The position numbers and the translations under genes were made by a program. A DNA stretch of 64,000 nt from Yuukianura sp. NJ FZ-2021 (lineage: Eukaryota), in the NCBI GenBank assembly GCA_046563655.1, contig CM102285.1, forward strand, positions 4,216,001 to 4,280,000, written 5' to 3'. This document shows positions 1-14,156 of the stretch, in pieces. How positions within the stretch are numbered: the first letter of the stretch is position 1; each line of letters opens with the position of its first letter. The notes beneath the pieces were generated by a model. That model did no database searches. It saw only the letters and a program-made list of their open reading frames with translations, and was not told where the DNA came from.

Positions 1-674
1 TAAAAAAATAATAAATAAGAAATGGGAAAGATATTTTAGTAAGAAATTGTGAAGAAAGGTGAAAGCGATGTGGGAAAACTTTCACCATGAGCCTTTACTA
101 AAGAGAAATGCCCGGAAGCTCTACTCTTTCAATCTCATAATCAGCTTAATTTTCTAACTTTGATCTGGCAAACCGCTTTGGCTCTCCGGGAAAACTTTCT
201 GATGAAGATTCATAGGTTAACTACTGTTATGATCACTTTATGAATTCGAATTCACGCAAGTATTGAAATCCCTTTAATTATATAAATGAATCAAAAATGA
301 TGGATGAAAGGTAATGCGATTATGCCCACTCAACGGAAGTCACAACTGGATTAATTTGAAAGCGTTGGAGTTCAAAGAGGATTGATTTCTAAAAGAAACG
401 GCCGAGCTGCAATAAGGAAGTTAACCAAAGCTCTGGAGCACGCACGGTAGCGCAAGTTATTACTTTGGACAAACTTGGTTACCGAATCTGATAAATGCCT
501 GGTTATTATAATTGGAAACTACTTTTTTCGCTACTTAACTAGTCCAAAAGCTTACAAAAGTAACTTTGGGTCAAAACTGTTGTCAGTGTTTGAAGTTTCT
601 AATTGAGCTTTGGACGATTAATTGGCGTCCCAGCGAACTTTAGATGTAACATTTTAACCAAAAAGTCAAACGCG

Positions 675-3600
675 TTAGTCGCTTGACTGGAGAAGATAAT
701 TTAATTGTTGAATGTTGTTTGCAATTATTGCTTTCTGACTCACCCGCAGTTGATTGCATAGGGACTCGCTGAAAGCAAGGTAGATCCATGGATTTGTACA
801 GGAGTTCAGTGACGCCAAGAGCAGCAGGACTACGTTGATTGGTCCAACTGGCATGGCTACAGTGAGCAACAACAAAAGCACATGAGAAAGACGTACGTTT
901 TTACAAGTCTTTTTGTAGTTGCCTTCGTAATTAATGAGCAATTAGTTCACCAAGTGCACCCGTGCGTGTAAGTGGCTCAATTGTGCACATTTATGTGGAG
1001 TAAATAAATAAATGTTCTTAAGAAGAAGCGTTTCGACCTTACTTTGTCTTGGCAAGTTGAAGTAAGTCTTGAACATTTTCTAATTAAACGTTCACACAAC
1101 TTTAATTCCGAAGTAAATAACTTCAGCGGGGTTCATTTTGACAACTTGCTTGAAAAGTTTTTGATAACTTAGGTTAACCTGGGTTAACCTAGGTTGAGAC
1201 TGTTTTTTACCTTTGAAATCAAATTCTTAATAGGAGTCCATGAAGTTTGAGAATTTCGAAACTAAATCAAGAATACCTATCTTTCGTTGAAGACAATTTC
1301 ACCACCAAAAAACAACAGTTTAAACTTACTTGGGTTGTAGACCATGATGAGTTGTGCTATACAAAATGGAGCCCAGCACACGAAGAAACAAATCACGACA
1401 ACGAGTGTCAGCTTCAACGTTTTAACTTTGGCTTGACTTATTTGTCGCTTCAAAGCTCGATAACCAACATCCTGTAGTAAAAGCATAAAAAAATCGAAAT
1501 TGAGTACTGTGTATGCTAGGGTCAACTCTGTAAAAAAAAATTTTGATCCAAATTTCGAAACTTTTGAATCACATTATGGAATATGGAGCAAAAGAATAGT
1601 TTCAATGAATGCAAATCAAGTACAGGAAGCGCGCCAAGTCTTCCGCAATTTTTTTAAATGACAAAATTCCTGTGAAGAGTTTTCTTGAGGATTTTCTATT
1701 GAAATTGGTTTTACTTTGCCTCTAGATCCTGGCGCATTTCCAGTCACTGTAACTCAAATTCTATTATTTGGTTATGAAACGTTAGCTTCCAAAAATGTTT
1801 CAAAAATGTCCTCGGATGAAAAAATTTTGGATGAAAAAATTCTCTTTTGCGAACTTTCTATCTCCAGTTCGGGTTTTATGTGAGACGACGTTATGGGAAT
1901 GAATGAAGCATCGTGAATTTAAAATGTTTTTGTGACATAATTAGAAATTGATGCGGGACGCCAAGAAACTGTTCAAAAAATAATGCTGTGCTGTCTAATA
2001 CGGTCAAAAGAATGCTGCGTTTGTGATTTAAATGTAATACATAGTACCACAAATTCTGTATTTTGTTGAATTTTGCAACACATAGTAGCGACATAAAAAA
2101 AATCTCCACACTGCAAGTGATTTGCACTGAAATTTTAGTACCAATCAATAATAATTTTTTTAATAATTATTAATTTAATATTCTTGATTTCTAAATAATC
2201 TGGTTAAAGGTGATGGTATATGTAAGGTGTACCGCTGTATCTTATCTTTCGATGTTCCTTGACAACAGAATTGTAATTGTAATTTGTACAACTTGCAACA
2301 GGTAGTCTGGTAACTTGGGAATTGCAAACATCGTTCCTCAAGCAATTTTTGGAAACAAATATCGCCAAACAGTGAAGCCGTTATATAGCATTTGAATGTC
2401 GAATTTAATTAACTCTGAAGTACTGAGTTACCCGAATCTGTAATTAGTTTCGGGATCACTCCTCCTTCATGTTCTAATTAATTATTTAATTACAGCGTCT
2501 AGCCTACTTTCAAGGTTGGTAAACAAGCTCATTGTTGACCCCTACATCAGGTTATTCAATAACTCGACGTTTTTGAATTTTGTTAAATAATTTACAAAAT
2601 TTGCTTCGCCATGCATTTCTATGGTAATGATTTGTGTGTAATGTAACGGAATTGGTGCCCAAATTGGTGCTAAGGTTGGTTTCACTCAATTTTTATGAAA
2701 CTCGGAGGTATTGAACAACCTCTTGTAGCAAATACAATTTGGTTACTATAGCAACCTTGCTTATTGCTTTCGAATAAAAACACATGAAACCATTACATAG
2801 TTAGAAAGTTGCCCTTAGCAACAAAACCTTGTTGTTCCATATTTTACGGCTTGACAAGTTAATTAACTGAAACTATTAATTAAAATCCAAAGGAGGCGTT
2901 ACCCTTAAAGCTAATTGCATGTTCGAATTCAGCATCTCAAAGTTAATTAAGTTCGGCATTCAAAAATCGGAAATTGCGCCGTTTTATGGTGTAAAAGCTA
3001 TTGGACAATCTGGTGTAGGAAAACTTTTTTTTATGAACCTTGATAGCTTTAGAATAGTATTATGACTGGAAGCCTTTTCTGGGGGAACATCCACCGCATC
3101 AACACAATTGAGTTACCTTGTGGAGTGGCGTTAGAGTGCTTTCCATTGTTTCTGAGTCCGTTTTCATCGATGAAGATGAAAACGAAGTCTTTCTGCTGAA
3201 GCGACCAAAGCCATTGGAGGTTCCCTTGGATTTCAATCTCCCGCTGTGCTCTGCAGTGCTGGTGTTACGGTTTCCAGTGCTGCTGGGCAAAGAGAACCTC
3301 ACGACTTTAAAACAAATGGCTCCGTAGCTGAGTCCAACGAGAACGAGCGGTAAGATGAAAACTGATCCTACGAACCAGGTCACGTAGGCTTGTGCCCATG
3401 AAGTACTCAAGAAGGTCCAACAATCCATCACTCCCGGCTGAAAAGATTCATATACAAAATGGCACTTTAGTACATTAATTTCTCCAAAAAGCGATTCTTT
3501 TTGGCACGAGAATCAATGTGTTTTACTCAAAATTTCGAGTGAGCAGAGGATGAATTGACTATTGTAGAACCTATTTTAAAAATGCTGGTTTGTAAAGTTT

Positions 3601-6340
3601 TGCTTATGTAAAAAAAGAGAATTGGATAAAATGAAAAATAGTTGTGCCAAATTTTTACCAACCTAAAATTCTTTGTCTCAAAGGTGTTACAAAAGCATTG
3701 ATCCATTCACGTGTGATGCAATACAATCATGGAAACTGTCAAGTGTGTTGAATTTGATTAATAATTCTCCCATTGCCATTTTTTTTACCATTACATACTT
3801 TTCAAACTTCAAAATTCTTGTTACCACAGCAAACATGGAACTGTCTAAATAAGTTTAGGTTAACTGCATATGTGTACGCCGCGAAGCAAAGGAAATAGAA
3901 ATTTCAACTTTGCAACTTTCATAAAACTTTTTTTTTCAACTTTTGAAAATTCGCTCCTACTTTACAACTATGGAATTCTAAATTACCACAAAAATTTCTG
4001 TTACCGATTCAAAAGATTTCTGAATTAACAAAATTTATGTGAAGCACTACGCGATGACTTTCTTCGTGACTTTGACAAGTATACATACAAATACACTAAA
4101 AGTTGACTTCATAGACGTTGAAAGTGAAAATGAAGCGAGCGCATGTAAAAGGTTACCTTAACTTCAGATAGACTGAAAATGACAGCCTGTGGGCTTGCAA
4201 AGAGGAAGGACAGAATCCAAGAAATGAGGACCATTAGCTTTGGGACTCTGAGGCCTCCATGGTGATTCCTCGTGAAGGTTTGGTGACAAATTACCATGTA
4301 GCGGTCAACTGCCATGGACGTCAAGACGTAAGTCGACAGGTAGAGGACGAAGATCTGAAGAAACTTGATGACCCGACACAGTGAATCCGGACCCTGCACG
4401 AGCGTTCCTCAGTAAATATCAGAAGGTAATAGAACATACGTGTCAAATTCTAAAAGTGAAAGTGTTCAGCGAGAACGCTGTCATTTCTGTGGTACCCCAA
4501 CACCCCCTCATTCTGTCGTTTGATTCGGATGTGAGACAAAAAAAAAATGAAATAACAAAAAGTTCATTTCTTATTAAGAAAAATTGAATGCCTTCGTGGA
4601 AAAAGAGTTAAACTCGTTTCAGATTTTTAAAACATTTTTAAACATTTGTTTATAAGTGCGTTAATTCTAATGCCAGATTTTCGGTTGCCCGGAGAAACCA
4701 AAATTCTAAAACGAGTTTAACCCTTTTTCCACGAAGGCATTCAATTAAGCATGTGAATTTAATTTTTACGACAAACCAAGGTTAAGGTTCAGGTTTTTCC
4801 AATCGATTCTTTCAAATTCTTTGACGGAATTTTGAAGGAAATTCTCGTCCTTGTATTTTGCCACTCACCACCAAAACGACAGATAACGCGCGCGGTATAC
4901 GCGATATGTAATCAAAGATGTAAGAATTTTAGGTATCGTATAAGTTTTTTTTTGCCAGTGCCGCTTGAACCAAACCGGTAGTAAACATATGTATCGATGT
5001 CCCGCAATGGCTGTAAAGTAAGTTAAAGTAAGCATCCGTCAGAGGGAACAAATTCGGCAAAACGGCGCCTTGATTTTCTGCGATTAAAATATGGTGTTAC
5101 AACAATTTTTGTACCTTTTACTTGAAATTTTTTGCAATTTTTGCGTGTAGATTCTGAATCTGAAATAAGTTTTCGGCGGTCACACCTCCAATCACAAATT
5201 GCCATTGTTAATTAGAATTCATTAATCAATCTTACCAAGAAGGACGTGTGACCGCCGAAAAAAGATTTCTGATTCGCAATCTACACCCAGAAATTGATAT
5301 CAAATGATATTTTAATCGAAAAAAATCGAAGCGCCATATTGCCGAATCTAAGCTCGTCAGAGTAAGTGAATTATAGAGTAGGTGTCCATAAACGACTGTC
5401 CATAGGTGACGATTCGTTAGTGAACGTCTATTGGCTACTGTCGACCGTTCGCTTATGATCAGTCACAACTCGCTGTTCATTTGTGACAGTTCGTATGTGA
5501 CCGTCCACTAGGATATCGCTCCATAAGTAACCAAGCTTGTTTAACTCGAAATTTTGTTTATTTTTGCTTATAAGGTTATGTCAAAACTCCTGTTTTCTTG
5601 ATTTTAAATTTTTTGAATCACATGGGTAGCGCTACCCTAACACGCTTCCGTTGCGTTAGCAATTCGAAATCAAAACTAAAGATTCCTATAGCAAAGCGTA
5701 AGAAAAAAAACCAATGTTTTTGGTGAGACAACAAAATTCGTATGAAATTCGTACCAAAGTTGTTTTTTCGTGTTTTTTTTTTAAATCGGAGTTATGACAA
5801 AACCTCTTAAGCCATTTGTATAAATGGTTGCTATAGCAACCTTGATAAGCAACTGTTCATCCTTCAACAGAGTCTGGGAATCTCAAGCGTTAAGGATGCT
5901 TGTTAGCGTGAGATAGTTTCAAGGTGAGATTAATGGAGGTACACCATTTTGAAAAAAATATGTTTTCCAAGGAAAAAAATTACAATTTAAAAACTCACAG
6001 TTTAGATTATATATCAACTTGAAAACTGTGTTACCTTGAATCGGAATGTAATATCCCACGCCAGTTGTGGTAGGATGTTACCAAATGCTACCAGTAGGTC
6101 AGTGATGCTCAAGTTGAGCATGAAAAAATACATTCTCGACATTGGACGGAACTTTAGCTGTCGACGGAGAGCGATGAGCATGAGGCCATTACCCGCAATT
6201 GCCAAAAACAGTATTATGGACAGAACCAAAATTTCGATTTTGGCCAAGCTCTCATTTCGAAAGTCCTCGATGGCTTCTTTGCGACTGGAATTTGACCTTA
6301 GGTCAATCTCTATTTCTGAGTGATTTGACATCGACCTCAT
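675..6340 (-). CDS. Vasopressin/oxytocin (inotocin)-type neuropeptide GPCR, multi-exon
   Basis: GT-AG exons with consistent phase: 6340-6035 (RNESLAKIEILVL...SRMYFFMLNLSITDLLVAFGNILPQLAWDITFRFK), 4393-4157 (GPDSLCRVIK...SMAVDRYMVIC), 3437-3117 (DCW...YVTW), 1471-1330 (ISQAKVKTLKLT...CWAPF), 856-743 (LLLLASLNSCTNPWIY). These are signature motifs of the vasopressin/oxytocin receptor family. The final C-terminal exon is unresolved, so the low coordinate is approximate. Confidence 0.92.
2541..2728. mobile_element. Degenerate MITE in a receptor intron
   Basis: Imperfect terminal inverted repeats: CTACATCAGGTTATTCAATAACTCG ... CGGAGGTATTGAACAACCTCTTGTAG. Confidence 0.45.
4586..4742. mobile_element. 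MITE with ~40 bp near-perfect TIRs, flanked by AATT
   Basis: GAATGCCTTCGTGGAAAAAGAGTTAAACTCGTTT ... AAACGAGTTTAACCCTTTTTCCACGAAGGCATTC, with AATT on both sides. Confidence 0.75.
5050..5352. mobile_element. Degenerate foldback/MITE element
   Basis: Long imperfect inverted repeat. Outer arms: AATTCGGCAAAACGGCGCCTTGATTTTCTGCGATTAAAATAT vs ATATTTTAATCGAAAAAAATCGAAGCGCCATATTGCCGAAT. Inner arms: TTTCGGCGGTCACAC vs GTGTGACCGCCGAAA. Confidence 0.6.
5566..5812. mobile_element. MITE with ~30 bp imperfect TIRs
   Basis: GCTTATAAGGTTATGTCAAAACTCC ... GGAGTTATGACAAAACCTCTTAAGC. Confidence 0.55.
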
Positions 6341-9179
6341 TGCTGGAATCACCGCAGTCCTTTTGTGTCTGGTTGTTTACTGTTCCAAAGCAAACATGCC
6401 AGATGAGTTTCAGTTACTTTGTATACTTGAGGAAATTGGATGTCGCCAACAAGAGTTTCCGGATGACAATATCGGCATTTCAAATGGACTCATTCACTTT
6501 AGGTTTTATTAGTTACTTTAAGTAATGTTGCCACTTTCTGCTTTCTATATGCCCTTCCTTGTTGCTTTTCTTCTTTAATGTTGATCTTCTTTGGTGACAC
6601 CAATCTCAGCGAATATCCTCTTGTGAAAAGCAGAAAACTTGTAATGTGGTTTCTGAAGTGAAAGGCAAAACACGATAAACAATTCAATTAAAACTTTGCC
6701 AATTGCTCCCAGATGGTTTCAACTCAGAATGTAACAAACCAATTGTCGCAGAGTGTCACAGTACTCAAATTCCCATGTAATAGTCGAATTCTCCTTTTGT
6801 CGAATTAAGTAGAATAAAAGGCAGCTTTTTAGAATTGCAATAAAGTTGTCAAAAATTAAGAATTGAAAAAAATGGAAATTGGAAGAAGTTTGGCTATTAG
6901 GGAAACTTTTCAGCCAATAAGCTAGGGACATATCAGGTTTAAATTAAAAGTAATTAAGTAAGAAAGTGACAGACGTCGAATCATCCTAGGCGATGTGTTT
7001 CAGATTTAAAGAAATAAACCGGTTGTAAACCTGATACAAAGAAGTAGCGCAAGCGATAACGCGGTTATTTTAACCTAATTGAACAAAAACTCCAACGTAC
7101 CGAGACTTAGAACCCAGTATGTTCATACGTTATGAAGAATTATGGTTTTTAAAGCGACATAATCAGGGACGAGAATGTCGAAAGATTAGGCAATAAATAT
7201 TAGAGGTGAACAACCCATGGCACATAAAATAAAGTGATCCTCTCAATGAGATCAACAGTGTTCATAGAGCTCAGTTTTCATGTTACTAGGGTTGGACCTT
7301 GACCTGGAACGATTGAGGTACCTGGATAAAGGATAATAGTCAATAGTGACTAGGTCCGGCTCATGACATGATAATGGTGAGAACGGGAGAGAAATCGGCG
7401 CAGTATTTGTGAGATAATTGAGCTGGACAGACAGACACTCGGACGGACAGACAGACTGATATGAATCCGATCATGTAGTCATACCAAGTAGTTTTTGCTA
7501 ATTGATTTTGAGATATGATTCTCTCATCTTGCTTCCTTTTTATGATTTTATTTTTACTCAGCATTAATTGAACTTTTGCTCCTACAAGACTTTTTTTTTC
7601 TGAAAAACTAATTTGTTTCAAATTGAAATGAAAAAAAAACTAGTACACAAAATTGAATTGCGTCCGTGTTGCACAGAAGCCTGCAAGCAAATAGCTTTTT
7701 GAACAGATAAAAAAAATGAGACTAAATGAACAAAGCTGAGATTTTATGTTTTAAGTGCTTTTCTCCAACGCAAACACACAACCAAACGTGCCTTTCCCAG
7801 ATGAGTTTTTTAAAAAAATTCAAAAACCAAATAAAGATCGCGAAATTGAAATTACATTTATTTTGAAAAGTAACTGGTTGTGACTTTTTATGAAAGACAG
7901 ACATAACATGTAGTTTCACTGTTATTTGGTTGATCCTAATGGCTATGCCAAACTAACGTTCCATAACCATGCGGAGGGGGTCGCACTTTCTGTGTTGTTG
8001 CACCATGTCGACTCCTCTGCAAAAGATTGGAACTGTCACGTAATTACGCATCACATGCATGAACAAGTCCGAGGACCCTTAGCCCTTACAAACATTAACT
8101 ACTGCAAGCACTCCGCAATTTCAGAAGTTAATCCTGAAACCGGAAACTTTCTCCACCTACACCAATAGGAGATTTTCCCCGCGCTAATTCATGTCACGGT
8201 TACTTGAGAGCAATAATCAACGGAAACTTAATAATGTGAACGGGTACACGTACTACAAACCAGCTCCTAACGTTGGGCGTTATTGGAAGGATTACTGGAT
8301 GGTTACGGACGGAATCTTTGCGGACCAATGGTTACAAATGCTATTTGTTTTCAGTGTACGCGACGGGCTAAGATGAGGCAATCCTGTCTCAAATATAACC
8401 GAAACCGAACGTAATACCATGTCAACTCATGCATGAGTCACTAAAGCTTGAATGGATTCATATGGCGGTCGTTATCTGCCCGCACACAAAGGTCCAAAAA
8501 TCCCATAGACTATAAAGAAACCTAAACACTGTAAATTGTAGAAACCGCTGAGGTGTGAAATTCGAGAGTAAGATGAAGTGGTATTTGACCTGTTTCCGGA
8601 GTAATTCCTGCCTCTTCCACAAGCCCTCAAGTTTTTAACGAAAAACAAACTCAAGAGTGCTAAATCACATGAAAGGAGAAAGGCACGCAAAGAAGAAATA
8701 GGAATCACTAGAACGAACGTGGGTGCATTCCAACTTCAACTTTTGAGCGTTAATCTCAAAATAGTAACTTCGCTTCGATTTTCGCCCAAATCATTAACTT
8801 CTACTTCTGGGAAACTGAAATCCAAAGCGAAAACCGTCTTATTCGGAAACTTTGGATTATTCTCACTCAAAGTGCTATTCCTCAAGGGAATTTAGAACTG
8901 AATGAAATACTTTTACTTGCATTGCGTTAAAAAACAACTCCAAACCCCTCGGCATTATTACCTCCTTAAAAGTTGGAAACTGGAGTTTAACTAATTAAAA
9001 CTGCAATTCGTAGCTTTACAAAACTTCTGTTGGCGTTAGGCAAAGGTTGTTACTAGTGCTCCAGAACTACCTAAATTACTATACCTTCTGCACCTTGTTA
9101 AGTTGCGAAGTTGCGAAACTTTATTGGTTGACTTTGTCTCTTCCGTCCCTCGCTCCGTAAGCGGCTCATCATTTACTTA

Positions 9180-9451
9180 AGGTATGTTTTGCCGTTGTAC
9201 CGTAACGACAAAACAGACCTAGTGCCAAAACTAACCTAATGCGCATCACCGAGTCAGTAGTTGTACAACTTGTGCACCTACTGACTCCGTGTTGCGAATT
9301 ATTGAATAACACCTGGGTGGATCAATTGACCAGTCAAAGGTCAAGGTCAACCTGCTATCCAAGTAGATAGTTCACTACATGGACTCCCGATAGCTACTGG
9401 TGTCACTCGCTTACAACCCAGGCGTTTATAGTTTCCCGCGCCGAAGGCGCG
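9180..9451. repeat. Cluster of three DNA hairpins (possible Helentron/MITE terminus)
   Basis: Imperfect palindrome at 9180-9220; hairpin with ~31 bp arms at 9237-9301; CGCGCCGAAGGCGCG at 9437-9451. Confidence 0.5.
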
Positions 9452-12400
9452 GTGTTAGATTTTTTAAAGTTCGCAATACTGAGTACATCTCGAGGATTTT
9501 TATTAATTTCTTTTACATTGGTTTTTGATTTTCGCTCAATTATTTTTTGCTATCAGGGGTCAATGTAGGCTTCAGAATTTGGAGAATATAGTATTTAATT
9601 TTTTACAACTAATAAACTAAAGTAACGTAATTGGGTCACAAGAAAATTTTCAGATCGTTTTCATTTTTCAAATTGTCGTTTTGTGTGATTTGCGGTTTAA
9701 CGATCTTGAGGCAGAGCGTTCAGATTTTTTGCGCAAAATTTACATGTCACATTTGAAATGAAGTGATGATTATGATGATAAAATAATGATATTGATCTTT
9801 AGTGATAGAAAAAAGACTTACCAAATTCTGCGACTTTTTGAGACATTTGCTTTAAGAACTTCTCTTGTATTAAGACTGATATACCGAATTGTTTTCATTG
9901 GCAACTGAGCAATGCTGTCAGTGCCAACGCGTTAATCCCAATGGAGTTCTCTTTCAGAATGTTTTATTCGCAGTACATACTTTAAAATGTCTTTTGAAGC
10001 AGGTGAAAGATACGAGTCAGGCGTCCGTGAATAGCCGTGAATGCGAAGCGACAGTAGCACTACTGGGACTTTCACTCGCGCTTCCCTAAGATGATCCGAG
10101 TTGAACTGCAGATTCATGAATGGTTCCTGCAAACCTTCAGTTAGGGAATTTAGCCTATTTCCATCCTTTTCACTTGCGCTTTCACGACTTTCTTCCAATC
10201 AAGCGAAAGAAGCCCTTCATTGCCTCCAACAAAAGCACATCTAATGGCTACTTTTTCTTGTCCATAGATACTTTTCAACTTTCTCACAAAGTTACAATCT
10301 CTGCACACTTCCCGCACTCACTCATACAGCATTCTGAGAAACTTATCAATATGGTCAAAAAAAACCTCATCACAGTTTCATAGTTAGAAACGTAATCGAA
10401 ATAAAGTTCTGTGTCAACGAACCATGCCACACAAAAAGTCGTAAACATTGCTGGCAGATCCTGTGAAAGGTTAGGTGTAGTTCTCTCTGTCAGTATGTAT
10501 AGCACTGAACACAGTCTTCTAGAAAATTATTCCTGTACTATTCAATAGACATTGTAAAACCGGCTTTAGTATTCGCTACAATGATAAATAATTGTAGGCT
10601 TTGTTTTATTATCTATATTTGACCACTTTGAAACGGATTTTTTTTGGAGTTGACCGTTTGTAGTTGACATTTTTGAGTGAAAAGGCAGACGCTTTTTTAT
10701 TTCTGTATCGACTACACTATTCCATAATATCATCCATGTGACAGACGTTTAAATGTGCCAATTTTCCAGGAGACTATTCGAATGCCTCACGCATTGTCTG
10801 AAGGTAATTTTGTCTCGTTATCCTTCTATTGAAAACTGTCACAAACGAAAATTGTCGAATAGTTCTTGAGACTGAAGTTCCTCCAGTTTGTTATAGTAAT
10901 TCAGTAGAGAATAGCAGAAGTTGTATATATAATGTCGTTGCCTTTAACGGGATACTTTAAATCTAAGCCTGGAAAATTGTCTTCGGCAGAAACAGTGTTA
11001 CCCTGCTCAATACTTCTGGATGTGGACATAAATGACACGCTACAAAGGAAGTATTGCCTTAAAAGACTAGAATGCAGTTTTTCAAAAAGCACTGCGCATA
11101 TTTTAAATAGTAGTAATTAATAAACCTGTTGTAAACCAGATCCTATGAAAGTAGGAAAAGATTGAGCTGCATTCGGGAACGGATTCTCACAGCGGAACAT
11201 CATCTTGAACCATAATGTACATACAATCGTTATGAATGATAAAAATAAAGAAGTTGACCTTTTACACAAAAAGGATGACCAGCAGGGATGACATTCAATA
11301 TAGTGACAAGTATACAAAAAAATTAAAATTATTTGTTGGTTGTGTTGTGTCAAAGATTTCAAGAGGAAACAAATTGACAGCGCATAAATATTCAGTCGAG
11401 GAAATTCATCTCAACCGTAATTTCCCAATCATGCCCTAAGAATGGGTTAAGAATCCGAAAATCAATCTAACTATCTAATGACAATGAGGCACACAAACAC
11501 AATGACTTACCTGTAAGCTGCTATTATATAGTAAATATATACCGAATGCCGGTAAAGATTTTTGATATGTAAATAAATTTTATACCACTGTCATACTGTA
11601 TTTACGAAAAACTACCCTATTTGCAGATTGGCTATGATTTCGGCTTATTCTAAGGTTCAGAAACATTCGGCACTATGCCCCGGTTGGGCCTAACCTAAAG
11701 TTAGTCGAGTTGATACAAAAATCATTCCCAGTGTGTGCACTTAATTTGCCAACGGATGGTTCCCAAGATTACAAAAATAATCAACACTTTGCCCCAGCAC
11801 TTCAACTTCTTCGGATGCGGCGGTTTGAGGAAATGCTGGAAGTACTCCATTTGGAAGAAGTGGAGCAAGAAGATGAATCAGACATTAACATGAGAGAAAG
11901 CGATGACGAAGGAGCTAGATTTTTAAGTATTATTGAGTTATCGAAAAATAAAAGTTTGTCTCTAATAGTAGCGTAGCGCGTCCCAAAGCTCGAAAAATAA
12001 TTATTAGCGCGCGCTTCTCATAGAACATTTACGGTAAGTTGTTTGGAGCAGAGTTTTAGGAACTCCAAGACGCTAAATCATCTAATTACATATGATTGAA
12101 GTCGCTTTGATCAACTAAAAATTTAATTACCTTAATTCGAAATTTGAATCCTTTGTTCCAATTCCAAACTTTATATTTCTCCTAGATATTTTGCCAGTTT
12201 AGTAGGTCAAAAATAACCCGGTGGACTTTGATCTGCCACTCCATTTTCATTTCACTTTTAAACTTTTATTTCCCTTTCCGCCAATTTTCCCTTTTATAAA
12301 ATTAAAATTATGACTCGCAGTGCCAGAACTTTTATAATTATAAAAGTTTCTTTGGTAAACAAGTATTTATGAAAAAGTTTATAAGAGTTGTGTTGCTAGC

Positions 12401-12773
12401 TGTTGTTGCGTTCCTTGGTTTGTGTTGACAGACAGACCGACGTACAAAGGGTTTGTGTCATAATGTAGCAGTTAAGTTTAGCAACACTTAGTAACCAAAA
12501 GTGGTCGACCGGAGTTTCGGAAAATAAATTGAACGGTGGTAGTTTGGTTCCAATATAGTCTTTGTTCTCAAAAATTGCAATGTAAATATAATACAGAGTA
12601 TCAACATTATTTGCAACATTAAATTTTTAAAATGCCTCTACCTTGAGCTACCCTTTCCAACTTATGCTTCTTTTTTTACAACAGAATAAAGTTTTGTGCA
12701 TACCGAGTTCAGAGTCCTGGTGGAGCGAGGAACCACTTTATTACATTAATCAAATAATTTGTGTGTTAATAAA

Positions 12774-14156
12774 ATGAAGTTCATTAGTACCAAAATTTCA
12801 CGACTTCTAGGAGCTACTACAAAGTACTCCACGTTATACAATTCCCTTCCTTTTTTATGGAACGAAGATACAAATCAGCTCGTTCAGCAGCCTAGAAAAA
12901 ACAAAATTCTTTGGTTACTTTATGTCCAAGTTCTTTTTATTCATCAGTTATATTTGACTTGGTGTTTAATCAACACAATTTGTCATTTCAAAAACTATAA
13001 AATTACATACCATGTTCTCCAAACTACATTGTTTATAGAACAACTCATGGCAGTGGCGACACAGCTATGCATTCTCCAAAATCACCAAAATTTCATCTTA
13101 TTTTCAAACAGGAGTTTTCACTTTTTTGATCAAATTCAAAGTAGTATTATTCATTTTGAATCAAGATTTCATGACTTTTTGTTTGAAATTAGTATACAAC
13201 ATCATGCATTTTCTTTTATATTTCAGAGACGTATGTCAACTGTACCGCGAATTCCCCCAAATGGCAATCTGACCTTGAACTTCTCTTTTCAATGTGTTTG
13301 CCATTAGTCGTCACTGGACCAATTCTTATCACTTTCCTTATTTTCCAATTCCCTGAGCTGGATTTTTTACTCACAAATAATTTGCCAAACTCCTTTCACC
13401 CCGCAGTTAAAACTATGATGTCGATAATCATTAACTTTTATTTACATTCCTCAATTACTTCAACCGTTCTGGCACAAGGATTCATACATGCTACTTGGGT
13501 CTTTTCAGTTGTTTTCATTATAAAGGAAATCAAGTAAGTGCAAAACTGCTTTTTTGAATCAACACAATATTTTGCCAACATTTTTTGAAGAAACCGTTGA
13601 AAGTGTTGAAGAAATGTATCGGTATTGCATTACATCCTATTTTTTTAGCATAAAAATGGAAACAAGTCCATATACTAAACAAACAATGCGTAGTCCACTT
13701 TCAATATTTCGGACGTATAGAAACCTGCAGTTGCTTACCAGCCACTACGAATCAATCTTTGGTGACTGGCTGCTTTGGACAATGAACGACTGCATGATCG
13801 TCTTGACAGTTCTGTCCAACTTCATAATCGTGAGACACCACCGCACGAGCCCTTTTCAAACGATACTGTTCATACTGGCATCGGTCACTGGGACTACATA
13901 CTTAGTCCTAACTTACATAAAATATGGCGAGTTCAATGAACTTTCCAACAAGGCTCTGGGGAGTCTGAGAAGACGTAAAACGCATTTTCACGGCATGGAA
14001 CGACAACTAATCGGGATGTTCGTTAAATCCGCCCCGCCACTCAAAATCCATTTGGGGTCATTCGGATACTATCGGAAGCCGAATACGATTCGAATCGTCG
14101 GCAAACTCTTTGTGTACACTATGAAGTTCTTGGTTCTCACAAAGCGACTAATGTAG
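12774..14156 (+). CDS. Divergent multi-pass chemoreceptor-like (gustatory/odorant receptor superfamily-like) protein, 3 exons
   Basis: Exons 12774-13140, 13227-13533, 13649-14156 with GT-AG introns; several hydrophobic helices; C-terminal YRNLQLL...KSAPPLKIHLGSFGYY...TM pattern resembling hexapod 7TM chemoreceptors. Confidence 0.6.

Noticed and set aside
7926..8400. FLYWCH/MULE-like fragments (HNH; NGYTYYK)
   Set aside because: Only two short motifs, in the wrong order, with no transposase core
9820..11490. Series of short minus-strand ORFs, possibly a decayed transposase
   Set aside because: Many stops and no motif I could assign
11710..11976. Acidic ORF resembling a piggyBac N-terminus
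   Set aside because: Low complexity; no downstream transposase or TTAA-bounded TIR found
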